From positions 1,472,001 to 1,536,000 of the forward strand of contig CAWGAA010000001.1 in the NCBI GenBank assembly GCA_963820525.1: DNA of 64,000 nt, in the 5' to 3' direction. The first letter of the stretch is position 1; every line of letters begins with the position of its first letter. Below the pieces are notes generated by a model. That model searched no databases. It was not told where the DNA came from and saw only the letters and a list, made by a program, of their open reading frames with translations. Positions 12,609 to 21,959 of the stretch are shown here, piece after piece. The translations under genes were made by a program, and so were the position numbers. This DNA comes from an uncultured Spirochaetota bacterium (GTDB lineage: Bacteria; Spirochaetota; Spirochaetia; SZUA-6; Fen-1364).

Positions 12609-13064
12609 ATGAGCGTGATCGCGCTTGGAAGCGACCATGTCGGGCTCGATTTGAAACGGCTGATCGTCGAATACCTTGTAAGCCGGAAGCTCGAGATACG
12701 GGCCCTGGGATGCACCACCAGCGAGAGGACGGACTACCCGAAATACGCCCTTGATGTCGCACGCGCCGTTGCCGGCGGGGAATGCGAGAAAGGCATCCTG
12801 TTCTGCGGAAGCGGCGTGGGCATGTGCATTGCCGCGAACAAGGTGAGGGGAATCAGGGCGGTCGTATGCAGCGAACCGTACTCCGCGAAGCTCTCAAGGG
12901 CGCACAACAACACCAATATCCTGTGTCTGGGATCGAGGGTTGTCGGATTGGATCTGGCCAAGATGATTGTCGACGAATGGCTCGCCGCCCCCTTCGAGGG
13001 CGGGCGGCACGCCGCCAGGGTGAGGATGATAGACGAGATCGACCCGGATGGCTCGGGAGAATGA
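12609..13064 (+). CDS. rpiB: ribose-5-phosphate isomerase B
   Basis: SDHVG, DYP, CGSGVG, ANKV, HNNTN, FEGGRH; AGGAG RBS. Confidence 0.96.
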   Translation: MSVIALGSDHVGLDLKRLIVEYLVSRKLEIRALGCTTSERTDYPKYALDVARAVAGGECEKGILFCGSGVGMCIAANKVRGIRAVVCSEPYSAKLSRAHNNTNILCLGSRVVGLDLAKMIVDEWLAAPFEGGRHAARVRMIDEIDPDGSGE

Positions 13065-13099
13065 GGCTGCTCGAAGACCGCGCAGCCCTATTTTTTTTC

Positions 13100-13128
13100 T
13101 TGACAGCAATGGGAATGTGAGGTATAGT
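13100..13128 (+). promoter_or_regulatory. sigma70 promoter of the tetR operon
   Basis: TTGACA-17bp-TATAGT. Confidence 0.8.
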
Positions 13129-13135
13129 CTTTAAC

Positions 13136-13153
13136 ATACCGATCGTTCAGTAT
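13136..13153. promoter_or_regulatory. putative TetR operator 1
   Basis: ATACCGATCGTTCAGTAT, imperfect palindrome just downstream of the -10; 14/18 identical to the site at 13803. Confidence 0.65.
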
Positions 13154-13170
13154 CCAAGAAAGGGTATGAA

Positions 13171-13782
13171 ATAAAAAAGACAAGCCGAGCGATCCAGAGC
13201 GAACAGACCCGCGAGCGCATCATGGAAGCCGCGACGCGCCTCTTCGCCAGAAAGGGCTACTATGCCACCTCGATTGCGGACCTCTCGGCCTCGGTGGAGG
13301 TTACCAAGGGCGCCCTCTACCACCATTTCGAAAACAAGGAGGCGATATTCTTCGCGGTCATAGAAAAGATACGCACGACGTGGACGAAAATCGTGGCACG
13401 CGACGTTTTGAAGTCACGCGATGCCCTGGAGAGGTTGTCTCGGCTGGTGGACAATCATGCACGCCTCATCGTGGAAAACGAGTCGTTCTGTCTCGTCGTC
13501 AATGCCCTCATGATGGAGATGGATGGTGTAAACCCCGCTTTCCTGTCGGCCCTGTATCAGATCTATATCGAGCTGGCCGGCTTCATCGAACAGATAATCC
13601 GAAAAGGCCAGGATTCCCATCAGATCAGGTCCGACATAGATCCGCGGCTGATGGCCCTTACCACCGTGGGGATGTTGCGGGGCATAGGCTGCTCCAGGCC
13701 CATCTTCCAGCGGATGGACGTCGATTTCCAGGCACTGATGGAAACCTTGAAGAAGGTGCTTATCGCGAGCCTGAAGCCCTGA
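13171..13782 (+). CDS. TetR/AcrR family transcriptional regulator
   Basis: TRERIMEAATRLF...TKGALYHHFENKE; helix 1 extends upstream of ATG 13222, so the start is probably ATA at 13171 (uncertain). Confidence 0.9.
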   Translation: MKKTSRAIQSEQTRERIMEAATRLFARKGYYATSIADLSASVEVTKGALYHHFENKEAIFFAVIEKIRTTWTKIVARDVLKSRDALERLSRLVDNHARLIVENESFCLVVNALMMEMDGVNPAFLSALYQIYIELAGFIEQIIRKGQDSHQIRSDIDPRLMALTTVGMLRGIGCSRPIFQRMDVDFQALMETLKKVLIASLKP

Positions 13783-13802
13783 TTCTTTTCGTCGTTTCTC
13801 AC

Positions 13803-13820
13803 ATACCGGACGTCCGGTAT
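13803..13820. promoter_or_regulatory. putative TetR operator 2 (perfect 18-bp palindrome)
   Basis: ATACCGGAC|GTCCGGTAT between tetR and the thioesterase gene. Confidence 0.7.
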
Positions 13821-13854
13821 TCTAATTAGCGACATATGCCAGGAGGAAAAAGAA

Positions 13855-14340
13855 ATGGACCTTGAGAACATCGCCTATCTGCCCAGCTATGACGAATGCT
13901 ACGTCTGCGGACAAAACCATCCCCGAGGATTGCGCATCCGCTTCTTCGCGGGCACGGACAATCGGGTGCACGCCCGGTTCCACCCCGACGACACCCAGAC
14001 GGGATACGATGACGTAGTTCATGGCGGCGTCGTGAGCGCTCTTCTGGACGAGCTCATTGGCTGGTCCGTCTCGCTGAAACACCAGCGCATGGCATTTACC
14101 GCCGAGCTGACCGTCCGTTTCATTAAGCCTCTGAGGACCGGCAGGAGCTATCTGGCAACATCCCATATTTCCGGGGGGAAGGGCCGTCTCTGGGAGGCCG
14201 AGGGAAGCGTTGCCGACGAAAACGGAGAGCTCTTCGCGAAGGGACACGGCAAGTACTTCCTTCTTTCAGAGGAGCAGACCTCCGCGGTTTCCCGAAAGAT
14301 GACATACCAAGCCGGCGATATGCCGGTTTTCCACCGCTGA
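13855..14340 (+). CDS. PaaI family (hotdog) thioesterase
   Basis: CYVCG-x-NHPRGL, VHGGVVSALLDE. Confidence 0.92.
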   Translation: MDLENIAYLPSYDECYVCGQNHPRGLRIRFFAGTDNRVHARFHPDDTQTGYDDVVHGGVVSALLDELIGWSVSLKHQRMAFTAELTVRFIKPLRTGRSYLATSHISGGKGRLWEAEGSVADENGELFAKGHGKYFLLSEEQTSAVSRKMTYQAGDMPVFHR

Positions 14341-14352
14341 CAAGGAGTCAAA

Positions 14353-16353
14353 ATGGAAGGAACGACGACCGGCACATCCGAAAGCCCTGAGGCCTTCTCC
14401 GAGTTGGAGCGCGCCGTGCGTTCGGCGCTCGAGACCTACAGCAACGTTCACCGCGGCAGCGGCCACAACTCCATGATAACCACCGCCCTGTACGAAGGCG
14501 CTCGGGATGTCGTGATGGATTACCTGGGCTTGAATCACGGCCGGCACACGGTCATCTTCGGCACCCTCAGAAGCGCATCGCGCCTGCGGGCTCGGCTGGA
14601 TCCCGCCGGTTATCGCGTATTGTCCAGCCGGGAGCTCGGCCTGCCGCTCGGGGTTCGGGCAATCACCGTTGAACGCAAAGCCCTGCCGAAAGGGGCGCCG
14701 GATCAGAGCGGCGGCGGCACAGTGAAGATCGTCTCGCCGGGCTCGGCCATCTGGGCCGACGCCCCCGATAGGTTCGAGGCGGGGACTCCCGGCATAGTCA
14801 ATGTCATCGCTTTCGCGAAAGCGCTCCAGCTCACCCGCATCTTCGGCCCTGACGCATTCCAGGCCCGCGGAGAGCGCGACGGAACAGCAGACCGGATCCT
14901 GCATGACGATGAGCAGACTCACCGCTCAGGCCTGGAGCTCCTAGGCGAGCTGCGGGCCGCCGTGATAGGGCGCGATATCCTCGTCCCGACGGCGAATGGC
15001 ATGCGCCGATATGTCAATCTGGACAATGCGGCCAGCACTCCAGCCTTCCTCCCGGTCTGGGACGCGGCACGCCGGACATTGCGCCTGCCCGCTTCGGCGC
15101 GTGGCCCCATGATTGAAAAGGCGCGGGAAATCTGCGCCGACTTCCTGGGCGCTCCGCTCAAGCAGTTCACCATCGTCTTTACCGGGAATGCGACGGAAGC
15201 CATCAACCTCGTAGCGCAAGGCTTTTGCGGCCGGGAGAGCGTGGTGGTGCTCAACACCCTGGCGGAGCACAACTCAAACGAGCTTCCCTGGCGCTTTATC
15301 CCCGGTATCAGCCTGCTGCGGCTGCCGGTTGACAATGACGGGTTCGCGGAGCTGGGCCTCCTGGAGGGATTGCTGGAAGAGCACAATGGAAAACGCGCCC
15401 GCGGGCGCACAAGGATCAGCCTGGTGTCCGTGAGCGGCGCTTCCAACGTGCTGGGGGCCTGCAATGACATCCCGGCCCTGAGCCGGCTGGCGCACCGGTT
15501 TGGAGCGCGCATCCTGGTGGATGCCGCGCAGCTGGTGGCGCACCGCCGCATTTCAATGGAAGAGCTCGGGATCGATTTCCTGGCGTTTTCGGCGCACAAG
15601 ATGTACGCGCCATTCGGAAGCGGGGTGCTCGCGGCAAGGAAGGGCCTTCTTCATTTCGACGCCCGTGAATCCGCCCTGATCGAGGCCTCCGGCGAGGAGA
15701 ACGCCGCGGGCATTGCCGCGCTGGGAAAAGCAATGATTCTGCTACGTCGCGTGGGCATGGACGTCATCGAAGCCGAGGAGCGGAAGCTGACGGCGCTGGC
15801 TCTCGAGGGGCTCGCGCGGATTCGGGGCCTGAAAGTCCATGGCGTGGAAGGCCCTGCATCCTCCGGATTTCGGAGCAAGGCCGGCATCATCGCCTTCGGC
15901 TTCGACAGGGTCCCGCACAATCTTGCGGCCAAGGAGCTTGCCGAGCGCGGGGGAATCGGGGTGCGAACCGGCTGCTTCTGCGCCCATCTCCTTGTCAAGC
16001 GCCTGCTCAAGATACATCCGCTGCGGGCCAAGGCCGCGGACATCGGCATGACTCTTTTTCCCCGGCTCTCAAGCTCACTGCTCCCCGGGTTCGTCCGCGT
16101 GAGCTTCGGCATCGAAAACGACGAAACCGACGTGGACCATTGCATCGGGACCTTGAGCGAAATAGCCCTTGCCCCAAGGATGGCGGCGGACAGGCTGCTC
16201 GCCCGGATGCACAGCGGGACTCCGCGTCTGCCCCGAACCGCGCCTCAGGCAAGCATGGAGATGCTCGCGCAAGGCGCGCTTGGGAGGATCTATTCACCGA
16301 CGGCTCGAACAAGGCGGCAGCGCCAGAGGAGGAAATTCAGATGTTGCGCATGA
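14353..16353 (+). CDS. class V PLP enzyme, SufS-like cysteine desulfurase with a duplicated N-terminal module
   Basis: LDNAAST, EHNSN, DAAQ, SAHK (PLP Lys), RTGCFCA (catalytic Cys); extra N-terminal NVHRG...FEAGTP module. Confidence 0.88.
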   Translation: MEGTTTGTSESPEAFSELERAVRSALETYSNVHRGSGHNSMITTALYEGARDVVMDYLGLNHGRHTVIFGTLRSASRLRARLDPAGYRVLSSRELGLPLGVRAITVERKALPKGAPDQSGGGTVKIVSPGSAIWADAPDRFEAGTPGIVNVIAFAKALQLTRIFGPDAFQARGERDGTADRILHDDEQTHRSGLELLGELRAAVIGRDILVPTANGMRRYVNLDNAASTPAFLPVWDAARRTLRLPASARGPMIEKAREICADFLGAPLKQFTIVFTGNATEAINLVAQGFCGRESVVVLNTLAEHNSNELPWRFIPGISLLRLPVDNDGFAELGLLEGLLEEHNGKRARGRTRISLVSVSGASNVLGACNDIPALSRLAHRFGARILVDAAQLVAHRRISMEELGIDFLAFSAHKMYAPFGSGVLAARKGLLHFDARESALIEASGEENAAGIAALGKAMILLRRVGMDVIEAEERKLTALALEGLARIRGLKVHGVEGPASSGFRSKAGIIAFGFDRVPHNLAAKELAERGGIGVRTGCFCAHLLVKRLLKIHPLRAKAADIGMTLFPRLSSSLLPGFVRVSFGIENDETDVDHCIGTLSEIALAPRMAADRLLARMHSGTPRLPRTAPQASMEMLAQGALGRIYSPTARTRRQRQRRKFRCCA

Positions 16354-16541
16354 AGAGGAATGTCGGCGGGATCGACCGCGGCCTGCGTATTGCAGTGGGC
16401 CTGGCGATCGGCGCCGCGGGTGTCTGGTTCAAGGATTGGGTCGGCCTCATGGGGATCTGGCCCATCCTTACAGCGGTGTTCGGTTTCTGCCCGATGTACG
16501 TGCCCTTCGGGCTCTCGTCGTGCAGGCGCGGGAAAGCGTGA
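16341..16541 (+). CDS. DUF2892 / YgaP-like membrane protein
   Basis: KRNVGGIDRGLRI...GFCPMYVPFGLSSC; alternative start at 16350. Confidence 0.88.
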   Translation: MLRMKRNVGGIDRGLRIAVGLAIGAAGVWFKDWVGLMGIWPILTAVFGFCPMYVPFGLSSCRRGKA

Positions 16542-16587
16542 GGGGCTGGCAGCCTTCGCGCCCTCAGGGGCCGTGCGCGAGAGGCTC

Positions 16588-18834
16588 CTACTCTTCGCTC
16601 ACGAATGGAACCGCGTCAGACTGCTCCGCCGCGCGCGCGCCGCTTGCCCCTTCCGCTCCCGTTTGGGCCAGGTACCCCAAATCGCGCGCCCGCTCCGGAT
16701 CTATGCCTTGCGCCTTTGCCAACGCGTTTTGCGCCCCGGCGGGGTCATGCAGCGCATTGTAGGTCCGGGAAATATCGAGCAGGGCGATCAAGGCCATCTG
16801 GGTTTGCGTCTTGCCCTGCGAAGCGAGCGCCGCGAGCGCGGCCTGATAGGAGGAAAGCGCCTTGCGGTAGTCTTTCTGGATGTATAGGACGTTTCCCTGG
16901 TTCACTCGCGCGCTCACGAAAGACGGATCTATGGCAAGGGCCCGCGCAAAAGCCGCTTCCGCCTCGCTGTTGCGGCCGAAGCGCGCCATGGCGATCCCGA
17001 GGTAGTTGTAGTCTTTCTTGTCGCCGCTCGCCTTTGCCGCATTCGCGAGGTCTCCTGTGACGGATTCTCCAAGGCTTGAAAGCTCCTGACGGAAGGGGGC
17101 GACAAGCGCATCGCCCCTGCCGTACTGGAGCCCCAGGTCCAATTCCCGCAGCCCGACAGCGCGGAAGGTTTTCTGCGCAACGCCGGTGAGCGTGAAGCGC
17201 CGCTTGGCCGCCTCTCCATCATACTGCTTCCACAGCTCCGCCCCGCGATGCCAGGCATCCAGGAAACCCTGCTTTCCGATCATGGTGATCTCCACGGGGA
17301 TCCAAAGCTCGCCGTCCAGCGCGATGCTGAGATTCCTGTCCGGCGAGATGTCCCTGAAGTCCCTGGATGACACCTTGGTATTGAAGGCCGCGTAGATGTG
17401 TCCGGGAACAGTGATGAATCCCGTTTCGATACCGGTGGTCTCGAGGAGGCTCGTGAATAGGACGGTGAGGTCGTCGCAATCCCCCGTGCCACGCTTGAGG
17501 GTGTCCCGCGCCAGGTTCACCGAATCGACCATGAGGGCATTGCCCTGGACCTGCGTGAAAGGCGATGTCGGGTCGGACTGGTAGATGATGCCCAGCCGGG
17601 ACAGGGCGACATAGACTTCCGCCGCCGTCTGCAGGGCCCCGTTGAGCGAGGGCAGCATCTGCTGCTTGAGGCTCTGGCGGATGAAGCTCACGTAGTTTCG
17701 AAGAGCCGAATCCGACGGCGTGATGAAGGCTCCCACCTTGCGGTCGTCGTCCCACACGATCGCCGTCTTGTCGTACAGGTCGTAGGAGAGGGAGTGCCGT
17801 TGCTCGACCGGCTTGCCCCTGGAGCGATACTTCACGATGAGCTCGCCCGCAAGGGGAGTCGTGCCCTCGGTGCGAAAGACCTCCTGGTTGAAGGCCGCCA
17901 GCACCCCGATCTCGGTCTCCTGACCCGGGGCAAGGGACGGGATCGTGGTCACGGGGGTGGGCGAATCCATGTAGCCGGGCTGGAAGAAGGAAACCTCGAG
18001 GTCCGTTATGGGGAAGCCCTCCGAGTTTGTCATTTTCACCGTGCCGATCGGGTTCTGCGCATAGTAGCTCTGCATCGCGGCAAAGGCGGGAGGCAGCTTC
18101 TCCGACCCGAAACGCAGGCTCCTGATCGAAGAGGCGGGCGCGTCGGGGTCTTCTCCGAAACGGTAGCCCACGCGGAACCCCAGCCCGAACGAGAACCCGT
18201 CGAACTCGGTCAGGGGGCCAAGGGTGGCAAGATAGCGCACGGATGGACGGATGTCGACGCCGAAGTTGAAGGAGGGCACGAGGCTGATGACGGCCCCGAG
18301 GGAACCCAGGAGATCCAGCGAGCCGACGGCGCCCCCCGATACGAGATTCGGATAGCTGGATTGGGCGAGGCCGCCATAGGCATCCAGCCCGATCTCGAAG
18401 TTCCTGGCAAAACGCCGGGTGTAGGAAAGACCGATCGCGCCGTAGTAGTCCGCGTGGTCCCACTTTCCCGCCCCCGAGGAGCCGGTCTCCGTGAAGGAGA
18501 TGACGCCGCCGCGGACGAAGGGCTGCAGGACGGGCGCGCCGGGAATGGGCACGCGAAGCTCCGCCGCAATGTCCCGTATTCCAAAGCCGGAGGCGAATGA
18601 TGAGAACGCCGTCAAACCCTCGTACTCCGCCCCGATGGAAATGGGAAAGCTGTAGTATTCGTCCAGGTTGATGACTGCTTCTCGTGAGCCCGCGGCGGGG
18701 CCGGCCGCGACGGCGGCCGCGTCAGATTCCGCCCTGGTCTGCGCAGGGGCCGGCGCGCCGCAAAGGATAATAACGATTCCCGCGATTGCGAGGCCCGAAG
18801 CCCCGCCGCAATGGAAATGAACGGTCATGGTCAT
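16588..18834 (-). CDS. secreted protein: beta-strand-rich N-terminus, transglutaminase-like core, C-terminal TPRs
   Basis: Signal-like N-terminus; GDCDDL...PGHIY...WIPVEIT Cys-His-acid motif; TPR repeats. Confidence 0.78.
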   Translation of the reverse strand: MTMTVHFHCGGASGLAIAGIVIILCGAPAPAQTRAESDAAAVAAGPAAGSREAVINLDEYYSFPISIGAEYEGLTAFSSFASGFGIRDIAAELRVPIPGAPVLQPFVRGGVISFTETGSSGAGKWDHADYYGAIGLSYTRRFARNFEIGLDAYGGLAQSSYPNLVSGGAVGSLDLLGSLGAVISLVPSFNFGVDIRPSVRYLATLGPLTEFDGFSFGLGFRVGYRFGEDPDAPASSIRSLRFGSEKLPPAFAAMQSYYAQNPIGTVKMTNSEGFPITDLEVSFFQPGYMDSPTPVTTIPSLAPGQETEIGVLAAFNQEVFRTEGTTPLAGELIVKYRSRGKPVEQRHSLSYDLYDKTAIVWDDDRKVGAFITPSDSALRNYVSFIRQSLKQQMLPSLNGALQTAAEVYVALSRLGIIYQSDPTSPFTQVQGNALMVDSVNLARDTLKRGTGDCDDLTVLFTSLLETTGIETGFITVPGHIYAAFNTKVSSRDFRDISPDRNLSIALDGELWIPVEITMIGKQGFLDAWHRGAELWKQYDGEAAKRRFTLTGVAQKTFRAVGLRELDLGLQYGRGDALVAPFRQELSSLGESVTGDLANAAKASGDKKDYNYLGIAMARFGRNSEAEAAFARALAIDPSFVSARVNQGNVLYIQKDYRKALSSYQAALAALASQGKTQTQMALIALLDISRTYNALHDPAGAQNALAKAQGIDPERARDLGYLAQTGAEGASGARAAEQSDAVPFVSEE

Positions 18835-18843
18835 CCTCCTCGA

Positions 18844-21672
18844 TCAGGGCATGAGGTCGATAACGTAGAGCTTGGAGGCTCCGTCGATCGCGTAGAGCCA
18901 GCTCTTGTAGGCAACGAGCCGAACGGGGCTGAATCCGGCCTGGGAGAGAACCCCGGCGGAAACGGGGCTTCGCGGATTGCTCACGTCCCAGATCTGGATT
19001 CCCGCCGCCCCTTTTGCCACGTAGGCGAAGTTACCCCGCACAACGACGTCCAGGGCGCCCCCTCCGCTTGGGACGGCCGGCCAAACCGGCGCCTGCCCGG
19101 CGGCGCTCCAGCTCCTCGCGTTGGAGGCGTCAAAGACAAGAAGGCCGTTTGTCGAGTCCGCCACCAGGACGCAGTCCCCGGCGGCGGCAACGGCGGCCGC
19201 TGAACCCGATGCCGGCAGCGCGCCGTATCCGCTTAAGACCTGGGGCCACTGGGGATTGGAGATGTCGACCACCCTGAGCCCGGCCTGCTCATTGGCCACG
19301 AAGGCCAGGTCTCCCATGAGGGCGGCGCCCGCGGCTTCATGATTGGAGTCGACGGTGGGCTGCGTTTGGACGCTCCCGGCCAGGATCAGGTTCCCATCCC
19401 AGGAGAGATCCACAGCATCAAGATAGGAGCCGCTCGTGGTCACAAATGCATAATTGCCCGACAGCGCGATAGACCACGCATAGCCGCCGGGAAGATTGAC
19501 ATACCAGGGATAACCGCCATGAGGCGAGGAGGGATCCGTCGCATCCCAGATCATGATTCCGCTTCGCTCCGCAGCAACCAGGGCATGATTGCCGGCGAAC
19601 GCGAATGCGTAGGGAGTGTATTCGCCGTTCCCGCTTGTCCATGCGGTCTTCACTGTCGCAGAAGGAACTGAAATGTCGTATGTCGAGGCCTTCCAGTCCC
19701 CGCTTCCATTCTCGGACACGAAAATCCTGTCGCGATAAGCTGCAAGCCGTGCCCCCGTATTGACGTTTGTAAGGGTCAGGGCAAGGCTCATGGTGGAGGC
19801 GTTTCCTACGCCGTAGATGACCACCCCATAGCCCGAGCCCGCGGAGATGTAGGCCAGACCGCCGCTTGCGTCGATGCCATGAGGGTGCCCGGGTATGGTG
19901 TAGGTCTGAAGGAGCGACATGGAAGCTGGATTTGATATGTCTATAATCGAGAACCCGTAATCACGAAGGCTTACGTAAGCCCTGTTTCCATCCAGGGCGA
20001 TATTCTCGGCGGCCGCTGTGCCGACGGCGGGCGCAATGCCGGCGCCCAGCTGGCTGGGAGCGGTGAGAGTGGACGTGTCATACGCGTACAGTGACCAGCC
20101 GCCGCCCGCGCCGGCGACGTACAGCGTGGTGCCGGAGAACCGGCCCGTATAGCCCCCGCTCACTGTGGAAGACTGCAGGTTGAGGGTGGGACTGGAGTCC
20201 GTTCCCGTGACCGTGTAGATGGCCGTTTTGGAAAGGCCGGTAACGGCAAGGACCTTCGTGCCCGCGCGATCCTGAGCATCGACCGAAAGATTCTGTCCGA
20301 TCCCATCTGCTACTCCCTGGTTGGAGAGTCGCACGACGGGGTTCGCCTTGTCGGTGGCGTCGATGACCGCGAAGCCGTCATTGAAGCCGGCGACAAACAC
20401 GAGGTTGCCGAGAACGACGACGCCTTCGGCCTGAAGTCCGCCGTTGTCTGGAATGGCCACGCTCCCCGTGAGAACGGGAGAGGTCGGGTTGGAGATATCG
20501 ATGATGCAAAGCGATTTATTCGTGGTGAGGTACGCGTAGCTTCCCGAAATGGCGATGTCGTTTGCATTCTGCGCGGAAAGCCCGCCGGCCGGAAGCGGCA
20601 GCGACGGTTGATGGACGTCCGCCACGCGAAGCCCGTAGTAATAGTCAGTAATGAAAAGGTAGCCGTTTTCATAGACCAAAGACTGCGGATAGTCCGCCCC
20701 GTTGAAAGTGCTTATATTCGCGTCCATCCGCGAGGGCATGGGATCCGAGGCCACCTCCGCGTACTCGCTCATCACGGAGCTGTACTGCGCGGGACGAACG
20801 GCATAGTAGTAGGTCGAGCCCTGGACAATGCTCGTGTCGTGGAAGGGCGGCGCCGCCACGGGGCCGGATATGCTCAGGAAAGGTCCGCTGGGAGAGGGTG
20901 AGCGAAGCACCTCGTATTGGGGAATGCCGGGGAAAACGTGCCAGGTGACATCAACATAGTTGAAGTGCGGGATTATCGTGGGCAACAGGTTGAAGGTGGA
21001 AAGCGGAACGGCCCGGACAACGGGTGAAAATTTCTTTTTCCCGTCCGACGTGTCGCCTTCAAGCAGGAAGCTGTACACGGACCCGTTCTTGAGCTGCTTC
21101 ATCACGTAGGGCGAGGTCACGCCGGCTATTTTGGCGGACTTCAGGGGATCAGGAGCCTGAGCTGAAGGTTCGACGTAGAGGGTATAGCCGGTCACGCCCG
21201 GAACGGGACTCCAGGCGAGGGTGGTTTGCCTGTTGCCTTCAGATGAAGAGAAAGATGGGATTTCGTTTCCCACCCACGTCAGGGGCAATGTGGCGGTGGA
21301 AGTGTTGCCGTCCCAATCCACGGCCGTGAACTGGAAGGTGATGTTCTCCGTGAGGTCCGTGGACTCGACGATGTGGAAATGGCCCGAGGAATCCAGGGAA
21401 GCCGTTTTCAAGGCGGTCCTGGCCAGGATGAGGTACTGGAGGGATTTCACCTGCCCAGGGGTGCCGGCGCTGTTTGCCAGGTCGGAAACCACGCCATCAA
21501 TGACAATGTTCCGGGAGTAGCTTGAGTATTCCGCGGGGCTTGTGATGGTAATGACAGGCGGCACAATGTCCCGCGCATTATCCGCAACCGATCCCGTTAT
21601 GGGAGCAGGGCATCCCAGGATGACAACCAAGCAGATTGCCGCGCATATGGGGAGAAATAGCCTTCGATACAT
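18844..21672 (-). CDS. LVIVD-repeat lipoprotein with Ig/Fn3-like domains
   Basis: Lipobox-like VILGC; Fn3-like segments; many repeats such as GLRVADV, GFSIIDISNP, GLRVVDISNP, GIQIWDVSNP. Confidence 0.85.
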   Translation of the reverse strand: MYRRLFLPICAAICLVVILGCPAPITGSVADNARDIVPPVITITSPAEYSSYSRNIVIDGVVSDLANSAGTPGQVKSLQYLILARTALKTASLDSSGHFHIVESTDLTENITFQFTAVDWDGNTSTATLPLTWVGNEIPSFSSSEGNRQTTLAWSPVPGVTGYTLYVEPSAQAPDPLKSAKIAGVTSPYVMKQLKNGSVYSFLLEGDTSDGKKKFSPVVRAVPLSTFNLLPTIIPHFNYVDVTWHVFPGIPQYEVLRSPSPSGPFLSISGPVAAPPFHDTSIVQGSTYYYAVRPAQYSSVMSEYAEVASDPMPSRMDANISTFNGADYPQSLVYENGYLFITDYYYGLRVADVHQPSLPLPAGGLSAQNANDIAISGSYAYLTTNKSLCIIDISNPTSPVLTGSVAIPDNGGLQAEGVVVLGNLVFVAGFNDGFAVIDATDKANPVVRLSNQGVADGIGQNLSVDAQDRAGTKVLAVTGLSKTAIYTVTGTDSSPTLNLQSSTVSGGYTGRFSGTTLYVAGAGGGWSLYAYDTSTLTAPSQLGAGIAPAVGTAAAENIALDGNRAYVSLRDYGFSIIDISNPASMSLLQTYTIPGHPHGIDASGGLAYISAGSGYGVVIYGVGNASTMSLALTLTNVNTGARLAAYRDRIFVSENGSGDWKASTYDISVPSATVKTAWTSGNGEYTPYAFAFAGNHALVAAERSGIMIWDATDPSSPHGGYPWYVNLPGGYAWSIALSGNYAFVTTSGSYLDAVDLSWDGNLILAGSVQTQPTVDSNHEAAGAALMGDLAFVANEQAGLRVVDISNPQWPQVLSGYGALPASGSAAAVAAAGDCVLVADSTNGLLVFDASNARSWSAAGQAPVWPAVPSGGGALDVVVRGNFAYVAKGAAGIQIWDVSNPRSPVSAGVLSQAGFSPVRLVAYKSWLYAIDGASKLYVIDLMP

Positions 21673-21744
21673 TCTAGCCCCCTAATGATGACTAAATCAG
21701 TAAGGATTAATGTAGCACACGAGGATCCATTTTTCAATGCAGAC

Positions 21745-21900
21745 CGTGCGCCATTTTCCTTTTCCAGCGGAGCGTAGCGCCCGATTCCAGCGGCGCGAGC
21801 CTCTGGAGCCTCGTTCGAACGTTCTTCCCTGGCGATGACCAGCCACTGCACGCGTTCGGGATCCACGTCGCCATGGATGGATCCCGCATAGTGGCGTTCG
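21745..21900 (-). pseudogene. possible GNAT-domain remnant
   Basis: Short DVDPERVQWLVIARE...GIGRY segment with no intact gene around it. Confidence 0.3.
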
Positions 21901-21959
21901 AGCAGAACACGCCGGTTATATCCCAAGAACGCGATCGCCCTTCCGGGTCCCGTGGAGAG

